Positions 17,142-27,108 of a DNA stretch of 64,000 nt are shown here, piece after piece. Source of the DNA: Armatimonadota bacterium (GTDB lineage Bacteria > Armatimonadota > Fimbriimonadia > Fimbriimonadales > Fimbriimonadaceae); NCBI GenBank assembly GCA_031400935.1, contig JANNQV010000032.1, positions 62,001 through 126,000 of the forward strand, written 5' to 3'. Within the stretch, counting starts at the first letter, position 1. The number at the start of each line of letters is the position of its first letter. Both the position numbers and the translations under genes were made by a program. The notes beneath the pieces are model-generated. The model made no database searches and was not told the origin of the DNA. It saw only the letters and a list, made by a program, of their open reading frames with translations.

Positions 17142-18109
17142 GCCGGGCTGGCTTTGGCTTTCACGGCGGAGCGCGGGCACTCAGCCCGCATAAGGACCGC
17201 GGACACTCAGTCCGCGAATCTCGAGCCATCGTTTTGGGAAGCGGGACAAGCAACGGTGTTCCGATGCTCGGCGTGCGATATTCCGATGAATTTTTGGCGA
17301 ATCCAAAAAATCACAGGACTCGCTGTTCCCTACTTTTGCAAGGCCCAAATGGAAATGTTTTGGTGGATTGCGCGCCAGAAATGCGGCTTCAGCTTTTGAA
17401 GGCTGAAGTTTTCGAGCTAGATGCGGTGATTATCACGCACACCCATGCCGATCACATCATGGGGATGGACGATTTGCGCTCCTTTTGTATCATACAAAAG
17501 CGCGACATGCAGGTCTACACTCTTCCTCGATATCAGGAAGACATTCGGCGAATTTTTTCGTATGCATTTCAAGATTTTCCGTCGGGGATTGAGGTTCCGA
17601 GGTTCGATTTGCGGACATTTGAGGTACGTGCTACTACTCAGAGAGCTGATTCTGCGACTGCCGGACTGAGTGTCCGCGAACCTTGTGCGGACCAAGCGTC
17701 CGCGCTCCAGTCGGCTCGTGAAGAATCCAAAATCCACAATCCACAATCCAAAATTCTGAGCCTTTGCGGCCTAGAAATCCAGTTTCTCATTGTTGAGCAC
17801 GGCGAACTGCCAGTAATCGCACTTCGAGTGAACAATTTTGCCTACGTAACCGACGTAAGCCGGATTCCTAAGAACGCTTGGGACCAATTGCAGGGGTTAG
17901 ATACGCTGATTCTTGATGCTGTTCGAATCAAACCGCATCCGAACCATTTTCATCTGCAAGCGGCAATTGAAATCGCCCAAAAGCTTGGCGCAAAACAAAC
18001 TTACTTTACGCATCTGAGCCACGATTATGATCATGATGTGACAAATTCTCAGCTTCCAACGGGGATTGAGTTGGCATGGGATGGGTTGGAGATCGGGATT
18101 AGGTCTTAG
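17138..18109 (+). CDS. MBL-fold metallo-hydrolase (PhnP-like) carrying two in-frame repeat insertions
   Basis: VLGSGTSNGVP, THTHADHIMGMDDLR, AYVTDVS, HPNHF, FTHLSH; ATG at 17138 overlaps the upstream stop. Confidence 0.9.
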   Translation: MSRAGFGFHGGARALSPHKDRGHSVRESRAIVLGSGTSNGVPMLGVRYSDEFLANPKNHRTRCSLLLQGPNGNVLVDCAPEMRLQLLKAEVFELDAVIITHTHADHIMGMDDLRSFCIIQKRDMQVYTLPRYQEDIRRIFSYAFQDFPSGIEVPRFDLRTFEVRATTQRADSATAGLSVREPCADQASALQSAREESKIHNPQSKILSLCGLEIQFLIVEHGELPVIALRVNNFAYVTDVSRIPKNAWDQLQGLDTLILDAVRIKPHPNHFHLQAAIEIAQKLGAKQTYFTHLSHDYDHDVTNSQLPTGIELAWDGLEIGIRS

Positions 18110-18117
18110 GTTTTGGA

Positions 18118-18232
18118 TTGTTGGTGGTTATTGGTTGTTAGTTATTGGTTATTGGTTATTGGTTGTTGGTTGTTGGTTGTTGGTTGTTGGTTGTTGGTTG
18201 TTGGTTGTTAGTTGTTGGTTGTTAGTTGTTGG
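18118..18232. repeat. Heptamer tandem repeat (TTGTTGG/TTATTGG/TTGTTAG), about 16 units
   Basis: Directly visible; STRR-like. Shorter relatives at 33143-33190, 43775-43812, 56629-56710, 57233-57312 and inside the MBL gene (17726-17755). Confidence 0.9.
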
Positions 18233-18383
18233 TCTGGTCCAATTGGTTCAATTGGACACAGCCAATACGCCCGTAGCTCCCATTCGTCGGATAGGCACCA
18301 TTCGTCCCATAGGTCCCAATAACCGTTCCAACCTAAAATCAAGCCCCAACAAAAACTCCTCCTAACCTTCCAAAATATAATGC

Positions 18384-19910
18384 ATGTCCGTTCGAGTTCG
18401 CTATGCTCCCAGCCCTACTGGCTCTCCGCACGTTGGGAATATCCGAACAGCCCTCTTTTGCTACCTGTTAGCACGTAAGGAAGGCGGCTCGATGACGGTA
18501 AGAATTGAAGATACCGACCGAGCCAGAAGCGTTGAAGGATGCGAAGAAGAAATTCTTGAGAGCCTGACTTGGATGGGGATTGATTGGGACGAAGGGCCAG
18601 ATAAAGGCGGGCCATTCGCTCCATATCGCCAATCCGAACGAAAAGAAGAAGGAATTTATCAGCCGATTATTGACCAAATGCTCGATCAAGGAATCGTCTA
18701 CAAAGCTTTTGACACTTCTGCCGAACTTGATGAAATGCGAGAATTTCAGCAAATCAACAAGAAACCTCAAGGCTACTTCGGGGGTATTTGGCGAGATGCT
18801 CCGCCCAAGGAAGTTTCGGAAGCCGAAGCCGCTGGAATTCCTTTCGTTTTACGGCTGAGAATGCCTCGCGGAAAGACTTTGGCCTTCCAAGATGCAATTC
18901 GGGGAAGAGTTGAATTCGAAAGCGATACGATTGACGATCCAGTTCTCATCAAGGCAGATGGAATGCCTACCTACCATTTCGCGGCAATGGTGGACGATCA
19001 TTTGATGAACACTAGCCACATTATTCGCGGCGAGGAATGGATCAGTTCTGCACCTAAGCATGTTTGGCTGTTCGAAGCTATGGGATGGGTTCCGCCTATT
19101 TTTGTTCATGTTCCTGTCATCAAAGGCAACGACGGTAAAAAATTAAGCAAGAGGCATGGCGATACAAAGTGCCTCGATTTTCGCACTTCTGGCTATTTGC
19201 CAGAGGCATTAGCTAACTTTATAGCCTTAATCGGGTGGGCACCTGGAGGCGACCGAGAAATCATGTCGCCATCCGAGATGGTCGAAGCATTTTCGCTAGA
19301 TGGTCTACAGCCTTCACCAGGAATTTTCGATAGCGAAAAATTGAATTGGATTAACGGGCACTATATTCGAACTCTTGGAATTGATGACTTGATGTCACGC
19401 CTCGTTGGGCTTGTAAACATGCCGGATCAGGAGGCATATTGGACTCACGAAGATCGTGACAAGAACAAGCTTCCTGATATAAGCTTGCTCAAATCGGCAC
19501 TCTCAATGAACTCCGACTATGTTAAGCAATGCGTTCTGTTGGAGCAAGAAAGGGTAGCGACTTTAGTTGATTTTGGCGAAGTTTGCAAATTCTTCTTTGT
19601 AGAAGAAGTTGAGTTTGATGAAGCAGCGGTGGCTAAATGGAAAGGTCAAAGCCATATTGTTGAAATGCTGGATCATATAGCAAAGGAAGTTGTGTCGTTT
19701 GGAAACTCCATTTCAACGGATTCATGTGAGAAGATCATTCGAGACTATGCGGCGTTTAAGGAATTTGAGAAATTGGGCCCCGTGGTGCACCCGATTCGAA
19801 TTGCGCTAACTGGAAAATCGGCTGGGCCAGGGCTTTTTGAATTGATGCATATTTTGGGACCGGATCGTATTGCGCTGCGACTTCAAAGAGCTGCTGTTGT
19901 ACTTAGCTAA
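18384..19910 (+). CDS. gltX: Glutamate--tRNA ligase
   Basis: VRYAPSPTG.PHVGN (HIGH), RIEDTD, KKLSKR (KMSKS), PGLFELM. Confidence 0.97.
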   Translation: MSVRVRYAPSPTGSPHVGNIRTALFCYLLARKEGGSMTVRIEDTDRARSVEGCEEEILESLTWMGIDWDEGPDKGGPFAPYRQSERKEEGIYQPIIDQMLDQGIVYKAFDTSAELDEMREFQQINKKPQGYFGGIWRDAPPKEVSEAEAAGIPFVLRLRMPRGKTLAFQDAIRGRVEFESDTIDDPVLIKADGMPTYHFAAMVDDHLMNTSHIIRGEEWISSAPKHVWLFEAMGWVPPIFVHVPVIKGNDGKKLSKRHGDTKCLDFRTSGYLPEALANFIALIGWAPGGDREIMSPSEMVEAFSLDGLQPSPGIFDSEKLNWINGHYIRTLGIDDLMSRLVGLVNMPDQEAYWTHEDRDKNKLPDISLLKSALSMNSDYVKQCVLLEQERVATLVDFGEVCKFFFVEEVEFDEAAVAKWKGQSHIVEMLDHIAKEVVSFGNSISTDSCEKIIRDYAAFKEFEKLGPVVHPIRIALTGKSAGPGLFELMHILGPDRIALRLQRAAVVLS

Positions 19911-19957
19911 GGTCTATTACTCTATTTGAAGCTATTTCAAATATCTTTGTAATTATG

Positions 19958-22879
19958 CTACACTTCGACCTGCATCACTTCAGAAACTAGCACATCCCAA
20001 TCTGCACTAATTCCCTCATGCCAATACCTATCAAATTTGAATTCACCTATACACTCCCGCAAACTGGACGTAATGCGATCTAGTATGACTTGCTCATTCG
20101 CTGCGAGCGGTCTCGATTCTTCAATTCTAACGGTTACGCACTTTCCAAGTAACTTGATAGCCAAAACTGTGTGATTTAGTTGTTGGAGGGCTTCTGCGGT
20201 CTTCAAGAATATCCACTTTAGCCCTGCCAAGTAACCCGAGTCAAGTACAAGCTCAATGCTTTTCTGAAGGGATTGAAGAGCGTCTTCAGGGCGAGATAGA
20301 GATAGAAGTGCATCTCCCTCTTGCCAGCGAGTCAAGCCTTCCAATTTTCGGCTGTCAATCAGGTGACAAAGTTCAATAGCCTCGTCAAAAAGTGGCAGGG
20401 CATCTTCGCCTCGGCTTTGGTGAGCAAGTTCTGCACCAGTATCATAGAGGCACCGGATGAGCAAGTTCGGGTTGTCAGCTTTTCGAGCAGAGTTCAACGC
20501 CTGATACATATAGTCTAGCGATTTTTTATTGTTTTCTAAGCTACTTGATGTAAGTGCCATGGTATAAAGAATATGTGCCGAAACATCAGGATCGTTGATA
20601 TCAGAAAGTTCATTCCTCACAAACTCGCATTCCGCCATTGCTTCTTCGTAACGGCCAAGTGCTCTATATAAGGTAGCCAATCGAAATTTGAATTTCGCCC
20701 AAACCTTTCTGTCTCCCATTGCGATACTTTCATGCTCGACAAGCAAGCCTAACGCCTCTTCGGGATCTCGCTTGTCGCCTCCGAGGCGCACGACGGCTTC
20801 AACCAATCGCGCTCTTTGAAGAGGTTCAAGCTCATCAGGAACCCAAGAAAAAACATCCTTTGCTAGGGTCTCCAACTGATCAGAGAAATCGCGCACTTGA
20901 GCTAATTCGACCAAATTCAAAATGAGTTCGGCAGTTTCCTGAGTCGCGCACCGATTGGAAACACCGAATTTTGCAGCTGCCAAAAGATTTTCGACTTCAT
21001 TCGCTAGAAAGAGGATTTTCTCAGTTCTCTTTTTTAGAGTACTTCGATTCGTATCCGTGGCTAAATATGAAAAATGACAAACAAATTCATGTATCGCAGA
21101 TGGAAAATCTTCGCTGTCTTCTAGCTTTTCTATTGCGTAGTTTCTTAGAATTTCAAGCATCCAGAATTGCGCCTCTTTACCTGAAGTCTCAGAACTTAGG
21201 ATAGAAGAGCTTACGAGTTCTTCGAGCTTTCTAGATATTTCGGGGTCATCGCATATACTCTCAGCGGTTTTCATAGAGAATCTGCCGACCGGCAGAGCTA
21301 GTCGCATTGCCGCCCGTTGCAGTTCTGGAGAAAGCAACCTATAGCTCCAATCAATTGTTTTTGAAAGGCTAGAATGTCTAGGGGTCCCCCCTTCTTTTGC
21401 TGACTGGAGAAAGTCAATTGAACGTTCAATGCTTGATAAGATTTCAGAAGTAGAGTACGTCACTAGTCTTGCCGCGGCGAGTTCTAAAGCAAGAGGCAAG
21501 CCATCTAGCCGATTGCACAGTTCGACAACTGCAATTGCGTTATCAGGTGTCACAGTAAATCGAGGATTTGCAGAATGTCCTTCTCGTTCAAACAATTGAA
21601 CCGAACTACATTCCCGAATAGAAGAAAGTGTCATTGAACGAGTTGGCAATTCTAACGAACCGATTGCTATTCGCCTTTCTTTATCAAGATTCAGTGCGAT
21701 TCGGCTAGTTATCAACAAATTGCAATCGGGAGCTCCTGAGCATACTTCGGCAACCCACTCGGCACTTTCAGGTAGCAGTTGCTCGAAATTGTCCAACACG
21801 AGCAAACTTGGCTTGCCTCGCAAGAGCCTAAGAATTGAGGGCAAAGCTTCGGAAATCTCGCCAGTTGCGAGTCCCAAAATTGTCTGAAGTTTTCTTACGG
21901 CCGTCTCTTTGTCTGTGGCCGCCGTCAGATCCACAAACCAAATTCGATCTCCAAAGTGCGATTCAAGTCTTCGGACACACTCGATTGCAACAGAGGTTTT
22001 TCCTGATCCGCCAGGGCCCATTAGGGTTAACTGGAGGCCGCTTGATGCCGAAATCAGGTCGTCCACAAGTTCATCAAGTACAGAATTCCTTCCAATGAGC
22101 TGAGTCTTACCCATTCGAATTTCAGTGCTAACTGGCATAGATTCCATCCTCTTTCCGCGTGGAACTGACTCTAGGACATCTATCGATGCCTGAGAAGGCG
22201 GCTCGCCCCAAAGTTCGTCCAACTGAAGCTCCAATTCCTCGAATTGGGCAATTGCCAAGCTGCCAAAGCCAGCCTTCGCATGGAGGCGCATGATGCCGAT
22301 ATGGATGTCCTCTCGAAAATCCAGTAGTCCAAGCAATCTCTTGCCCTCTTGAACACCTAATTCGAAGTCTCCAGATTCTTGGCAAAGTGCCATGTAGGCA
22401 ATCCCTGCAGAGGAAATATGATCTTGAAGCCGAAGCCACTCTGGAGTGATCCAATCTTCTGACATGCCCTGCAGCAATTCGCCGCGAATCAACTGAAGTG
22501 CCTTTCCTAGACTCTCTTTTTGGTTGTCTGCACTCGATTTGGCAAGTTGGCGGAGAGATTCGAATTCGTCCAAATCGGTGTGGACGAGGTCGAAAACAAG
22601 CTGAACCGAATCGCGATCTGCGATTAGAATCTCGGAACCTAAGACTGAACGCAAGTCGCTCAATGCCATTCGCAGACTTTGGCGAGCTCCGTCGAATTCG
22701 CTTTCTGGCCAAAAGAACGAGGCCAATAACTCTCTTGAAAATCGCCTTTCCCCTTGCAATGCAAGATAGGCAAAAAGGCTTGCAGTTTTCTTGGTTCGAA
22801 ATCGCGCGGCAACGCCATGCCGATCCACCTCGAGGGGACCAAACAAGCGGACGTTCCAATGAGTCGAACTGTGCTTCAT
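19958..22879 (-). CDS. AfsR/SARP-like regulator: wHTH + BTAD + NB-ARC/AAA + TPR
   Basis: RLFGPL..., SLRMALSDLR, GPGGSGKT, LLVLDNFE, LDGLPLALELAAAR, IDWSYRLL, then TPR-like helices. Confidence 0.9.
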   Translation of the reverse strand: MKHSSTHWNVRLFGPLEVDRHGVAARFRTKKTASLFAYLALQGERRFSRELLASFFWPESEFDGARQSLRMALSDLRSVLGSEILIADRDSVQLVFDLVHTDLDEFESLRQLAKSSADNQKESLGKALQLIRGELLQGMSEDWITPEWLRLQDHISSAGIAYMALCQESGDFELGVQEGKRLLGLLDFREDIHIGIMRLHAKAGFGSLAIAQFEELELQLDELWGEPPSQASIDVLESVPRGKRMESMPVSTEIRMGKTQLIGRNSVLDELVDDLISASSGLQLTLMGPGGSGKTSVAIECVRRLESHFGDRIWFVDLTAATDKETAVRKLQTILGLATGEISEALPSILRLLRGKPSLLVLDNFEQLLPESAEWVAEVCSGAPDCNLLITSRIALNLDKERRIAIGSLELPTRSMTLSSIRECSSVQLFEREGHSANPRFTVTPDNAIAVVELCNRLDGLPLALELAAARLVTYSTSEILSSIERSIDFLQSAKEGGTPRHSSLSKTIDWSYRLLSPELQRAAMRLALPVGRFSMKTAESICDDPEISRKLEELVSSSILSSETSGKEAQFWMLEILRNYAIEKLEDSEDFPSAIHEFVCHFSYLATDTNRSTLKKRTEKILFLANEVENLLAAAKFGVSNRCATQETAELILNLVELAQVRDFSDQLETLAKDVFSWVPDELEPLQRARLVEAVVRLGGDKRDPEEALGLLVEHESIAMGDRKVWAKFKFRLATLYRALGRYEEAMAECEFVRNELSDINDPDVSAHILYTMALTSSSLENNKKSLDYMYQALNSARKADNPNLLIRCLYDTGAELAHQSRGEDALPLFDEAIELCHLIDSRKLEGLTRWQEGDALLSLSRPEDALQSLQKSIELVLDSGYLAGLKWIFLKTAEALQQLNHTVLAIKLLGKCVTVRIEESRPLAANEQVILDRITSSLRECIGEFKFDRYWHEGISADWDVLVSEVMQVEV

Positions 22880-22977
22880 GCAGGCCAGCCCAGTTTATCA
22901 TTGTTGCGATTTGGATTCGCGAACAACTTTCAGAAAAAATTGGCATTGGTTATCGAATGTATCATGCTTCAGACGGC

Positions 22978-22999
22978 GTCACAAGAACGTCACAGGAAT
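22978..22999 (+). promoter_or_regulatory. 11-bp direct repeat (Pho-box or SARP-site-like)
   Basis: GTCACA at 22978 and 22989, upstream of alkaline phosphatase and divergent from the SARP gene. Confidence 0.45.
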
Positions 23000-23094
23000 C
23001 TTGATTGGGGAAAGTAAGCTTGATCGCGCATCCCCAAATCATGCAAATTCCAACTATTAACACAACCGAAACGCCAGCCGTGTAACATAACAAT

Positions 23095-24654
23095 ATGAGA
23101 TTGTCACGCAGAGCAATGTTGGGCGGATTAGTAGTTGGGGCGGGGGCCTCCTGTATTGGATGGAAGGCGGAAAACACAAAACCAGTCGAAAGAGGAAAGA
23201 AGCCCAAAAACATTATTTTTTGCGTGGTGGATGGAATGCCAGTTTCAGCGATGACCGCTGTTGACTATCTTCGACAGATCAAAGATGGCAAATCTTCGTA
23301 TTGGGGATGGCTGGCTAATCAATCTTTTACGGTGAATGGGCTTCAAGTCACGCGAAGTTTGAACTCAGTAGTCACTGATTCTTCTGCGGCAAGTTCGGCT
23401 TGGGGGAGCGGCAGGCGAATCTGGAACGGCATGGTGAACATGTTCCCTGACAAAACTGATTTGCGTTCTATCACCGAATTGATGAGTGCTAAAGGAGTGA
23501 AATGCGGATTGGTTACTACAGCGACTATGACCCACGCAACGCCAGCTGGCTTTGCTGTTCAATGTGTTCAACGCGACCTAGAAGGGCTCATCGCAGAAAA
23601 GTATATGAAGTCCGGGGTTGATGTGCTTTTCGGCGGTGGAGCAAAGTTTTTCTCCCCAACAAGAAGGGCTGACAAACGCGATTTGTACGCCGATTTTGAG
23701 AAAGCGGGCTACAAAGTTGTCAAGAATCGGGATGATATGCTCGCTTCCAATTCTCCCAAGACTCTGGGGATTTTCAGTGACGGCCATATTCCATATACAG
23801 TAGATCGTGATCATGACGCAACTCTGAAAACAACCGTTCCAACTCTCGCCGAAATGACTCAAAAAGCCATTGAAGTGCTCTCAAAATCGGGATCAAGGAA
23901 CGGATTTCTGCTTCAAGTTGAAGGAGCGAGAGTGGATCATGGCGGACATTCAAACGACCTCGCCGCGATGCTTTTCGACCAAATGGCATTTGAAGATGCT
24001 GTCAAAGTTTGTATTGATTTCGCTATGGAAGACGAAGAAACTCTAGTCATAATCACGGCTGATCACGCGTGCGGTGGACTTGCATTGAACGGGTCAGGCG
24101 ATGAGTATGCTGATTCAACAAAGGGTCTTGAATCTCTGCTGAAAATGAGGTCGAGCTACGGCCCAATGCTGTCTTCCATTGGCACGGGCGCGACCGCCGA
24201 AAAAGTGCAATCCGCGGTTGAGGACAAGCTTCGAATTACCCTCAAAACGGAAGAAGCCGAGGCAATTGCGAGCTCGATGAAAGGCAAGCATCCGTTTGGA
24301 CTTTCTGAATTTTTCCGAAGTCCAAGCTCGACGACAGGCATGATTTTGGGGAATTACACGAAATGCACGTTCACCAGCGGGAATCACCATGCCGATCATG
24401 TTTTGGTAACTGCTTACGGCCCTGGAAGCGAGCTCTGCCACGGTACAACGGAGAATGTTGACTTTTACAAAATAATGACTGACTTAAAAGGGATCAAGCA
24501 CAAGAATCCCGAGATGACTTTTGAAGTTGCCGCACCGTTATACGAAAAGATGATCAAGGAGCTAAATCCTGAGCTTCATGCGTTGTTTTCGGACGCAGAT
24601 GTGGAATGCTGCGGAATGGACCATGGTTATGATTCTCGCAGCCCAGCTAGTTAG
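23095..24654 (+). CDS. Alkaline phosphatase, Tat-exported
   Basis: SRRAMLG Tat motif; NIIFCVVDGM, VTDSSAA, THATPA, VEGARVDHGGHSND, TADHA. Confidence 0.93.
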   Translation: MRLSRRAMLGGLVVGAGASCIGWKAENTKPVERGKKPKNIIFCVVDGMPVSAMTAVDYLRQIKDGKSSYWGWLANQSFTVNGLQVTRSLNSVVTDSSAASSAWGSGRRIWNGMVNMFPDKTDLRSITELMSAKGVKCGLVTTATMTHATPAGFAVQCVQRDLEGLIAEKYMKSGVDVLFGGGAKFFSPTRRADKRDLYADFEKAGYKVVKNRDDMLASNSPKTLGIFSDGHIPYTVDRDHDATLKTTVPTLAEMTQKAIEVLSKSGSRNGFLLQVEGARVDHGGHSNDLAAMLFDQMAFEDAVKVCIDFAMEDEETLVIITADHACGGLALNGSGDEYADSTKGLESLLKMRSSYGPMLSSIGTGATAEKVQSAVEDKLRITLKTEEAEAIASSMKGKHPFGLSEFFRSPSSTTGMILGNYTKCTFTSGNHHADHVLVTAYGPGSELCHGTTENVDFYKIMTDLKGIKHKNPEMTFEVAAPLYEKMIKELNPELHALFSDADVECCGMDHGYDSRSPAS

Positions 24655-24659
24655 GTACC

Positions 24660-25289
24660 GTGCGAGATAAGAAGCCTTTGAGCCAGATTACAACTGATGG
24701 CCTTCGTGAAGCACTTCGTGCCGACGTTCTTACTGCCGCCCCCCTCTTACTAGGCTGTTTTTTGATTCGTGGCGAACTTCGATCAAGAATCGTTGAGGTC
24801 GAGGCATATCGGGACAACGACGATCCAGGCTGTCATGCTTTTTACGGTAGAACACCGCGAACTGAAATCATGTTTGGGGAGCCAGGGTTTGCTTATGTTT
24901 ACTTCACTTATGGAAACCATTGGATGCTGAACATAACAGCGCACGAACCTGGACGCGGCGCGGCAGTGCTGATTCGGGCTGCTGAGCCAATTTCTGGGGT
25001 TGAACTAATGGGAGTGCGGCGCGGAGTCTTTGAAGAAAAACAGTTTCTTTCGGGTCCGGGAAAGTTGTGCAAAGCCTACGGAATCGAGCGTGCCGAATAC
25101 GGTATTGACCTCTTGTCGCCGAATTCGGAACTAAGAATCGAGACTGGAGCAAGAGTCGAAAATGTGGTTAGCGGAACCCGAATCGGCTTAACACCTGGCA
25201 AAGGCGATCTGTTGCTATGGCGATTTGCAGATGGAGACGCAATCAAGTGGGTTTCAGCCAAGAAGACAAATCTGGCAACGATTGGCTAA
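24660..25289 (+). CDS. DNA-3-methyladenine glycosylase (MPG/AAG family)
   Basis: RIVEVEAY, YVYFTYGNHW, AVLIRAAEP, GPGKLC, RIG. Confidence 0.92.
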   Translation: MRDKKPLSQITTDGLREALRADVLTAAPLLLGCFLIRGELRSRIVEVEAYRDNDDPGCHAFYGRTPRTEIMFGEPGFAYVYFTYGNHWMLNITAHEPGRGAAVLIRAAEPISGVELMGVRRGVFEEKQFLSGPGKLCKAYGIERAEYGIDLLSPNSELRIETGARVENVVSGTRIGLTPGKGDLLLWRFADGDAIKWVSAKKTNLATIG

Positions 25290-25753
25290 GCGACAATTTC
25301 AGCTTCAATAGGCTCTTCCATTAAGATAACCGCTAACACAGTTTCTGGTTTGGTTCTTCGGGTGAGAATATAGCCAATTCCTGTTATTCCTCCCGCTAAA
25401 ATTGCACCTCTAATCACCCAAGTACGAACCGGATCGGGCTTGTTTACTGTAAGGCAGGCAAACGAGCAAAACACCAAAATACAACTGCACGAGATGATCT
25501 TTACTCTTTTAGAAATCCACTTGTTTTGGTCCCAATCTCGCAATGTGGGTCCAAGGATTTTGTGGTTCAAAAGCCAGTTTTCTAGTCTGGCGCTGCTCCT
25601 TTTGAAGAAATAAAGCGCGATGATCGTGAAAACAGTCGTCGGCCAACCAGGAACAACAACTCCGATTAAGCCCATCGTTAAGAAGATCAATCCGAGGCAT
25701 AGCGAAACTGATCGCTGAATGGGTGGAATGCTTGCGGTCTTAGGGGTTTTCAT
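25286..25753 (-). CDS. YbaN/DUF454 inner membrane protein
   Basis: GLIGVVVPGWPTTVF..ALYFFKRSS.RLENWLL.H..LGP. Confidence 0.88.
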   Translation of the reverse strand: MKTPKTASIPPIQRSVSLCLGLIFLTMGLIGVVVPGWPTTVFTIIALYFFKRSSARLENWLLNHKILGPTLRDWDQNKWISKRVKIISCSCILVFCSFACLTVNKPDPVRTWVIRGAILAGGITGIGYILTRRTKPETVLAVILMEEPIEAEIVA

Positions 25754-25899
25754 TTGGTCGTTCGGTTACTAAATTGTGACACTTTGAAATGGAGTCTGGC
25801 ATGACGTTAATCATAGGCGCGCAAATACTTTGAAATCTGCCAAGTCGGAATATGCTTGCAATTTAGAAGATTGGGTCGAAATGGATTGTATGCGCGAAG

Positions 25900-25979
25900 C
25901 ATCGGCGAGACGCCGATGTCACACACGTCCGAGACGGACGTGATACACACCAGCGACACACATGTCTGGGACGGACATG
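25900..25979. repeat. Three REP-like hairpins with a conserved G(A/G)GAC loop
   Basis: CATCGGC-GAGAC-GCCGATG, CACGTCC-GAGAC-GGACGTG, CATGTCT-GGGAC-GGACATG. Confidence 0.75.
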
Positions 25980-26011
25980 CCACAAAAGCCATGCGCGGGT
26001 AACCTTCACTC

Positions 26012-26890
26012 ATGCTTCGCCCACCGTTGGAATCGCCTGGTGCTCGACTTCGAGAAATGTTTGCAAACGAAGCGGTCCTTTTGCCCGGAGCGTTTTCTCC
26101 ACTTTCTGCGGTTGCAGCTGTGAATCAGGGAGCGAAGGCTGTTTACCTTAGCGGAGGAGCGATCACCAATAACCTGCTTGGCGTCCCGGATATCGCAATG
26201 ATCACCCTCGACGAAATGGCAGGAGTTGCCGCCAGGGCCTGCCAAGTCGCAAAAGTGCCTATGATTTGCGATGCGGACACGGGATTTGGAGAACATTGGA
26301 ACGTTGCCCGAACCGTTATCGAGATGGAGCGAGCAGGACTTGCAGGAATTCATTTGGAGGATCAAGTGGGCCCAAAGAGGTGCGGTCACCTTGACGGAAA
26401 AGAGGTAATTCCAACTGCCCAAATGTGCAGCAAATTGAAAGCCGCTGCTGATTCGAAGCGAGATTCTTCGTTTCTTATCATTGCAAGAACGGATGCCAGG
26501 GGGGTCGAGGGATTTGATTCTGCTGTTATTAGGGCCAAGGCCTATCTCGATGCTGGCGCGGACGCAATTTTCCCTGAAGGTCTCGAATCTGAAGATGAGT
26601 TCGCAAGATTCCGAGATGCCATTTCTGCGCCACTTTTGGCAAACATGACCGAGTTCGGGAAAACGCCGCTGATTCCATTCGCGAAGTTTTCTCAAATAGG
26701 ATATCAATTGGTTATTTTTCCAGTAACTGCCCTTCGGGTTATGCTCAAGGCTGTTGAGGAATTCTACGCAGACTTACTTCGAACAGGAACTCAGGCGGAT
26801 TGGATGGATCGAATGCGAACCCGAACAGAGCTTTATGAGACGATTGGGTACGGCGAATACTCTGAGAAAGAGCAAGATTGGTCGAAATAG
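26012..26890 (+). CDS. prpB: 2-methylisocitrate lyase
   Basis: DADTGFG, EDQVGPKRCGH, IARTDA, LANMTEFGKTP. Confidence 0.93.
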   Translation: MLRPPLESPGARLREMFANEAVLLPGAFSPLSAVAAVNQGAKAVYLSGGAITNNLLGVPDIAMITLDEMAGVAARACQVAKVPMICDADTGFGEHWNVARTVIEMERAGLAGIHLEDQVGPKRCGHLDGKEVIPTAQMCSKLKAAADSKRDSSFLIIARTDARGVEGFDSAVIRAKAYLDAGADAIFPEGLESEDEFARFRDAISAPLLANMTEFGKTPLIPFAKFSQIGYQLVIFPVTALRVMLKAVEEFYADLLRTGTQADWMDRMRTRTELYETIGYGEYSEKEQDWSK

Positions 26891-27108
26891 GGCAATAGTA
26901 TTTGTCAGGTCAATTGTTGTACTGATGCACCAATGAATTGCCAATAATTAAGACCAATGCTGTGCTTTGCGAGTACTTCGTAAGGCTCAATTTACTGGGT
27001 AAACTTGCATTACGAGTCCTGAACCAGGATCGGCACGCGCCAGATCGAAATTCATCATCGGACGCGGACAAAGAGGTCCAGCACAACGACAAATAACCGA
27101 GAAAAACA

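Noticed and set aside
18066..18365. 99-aa ORF with WLLVVGC repeats
   Set aside because: Translation artefact of the heptamer tandem repeat
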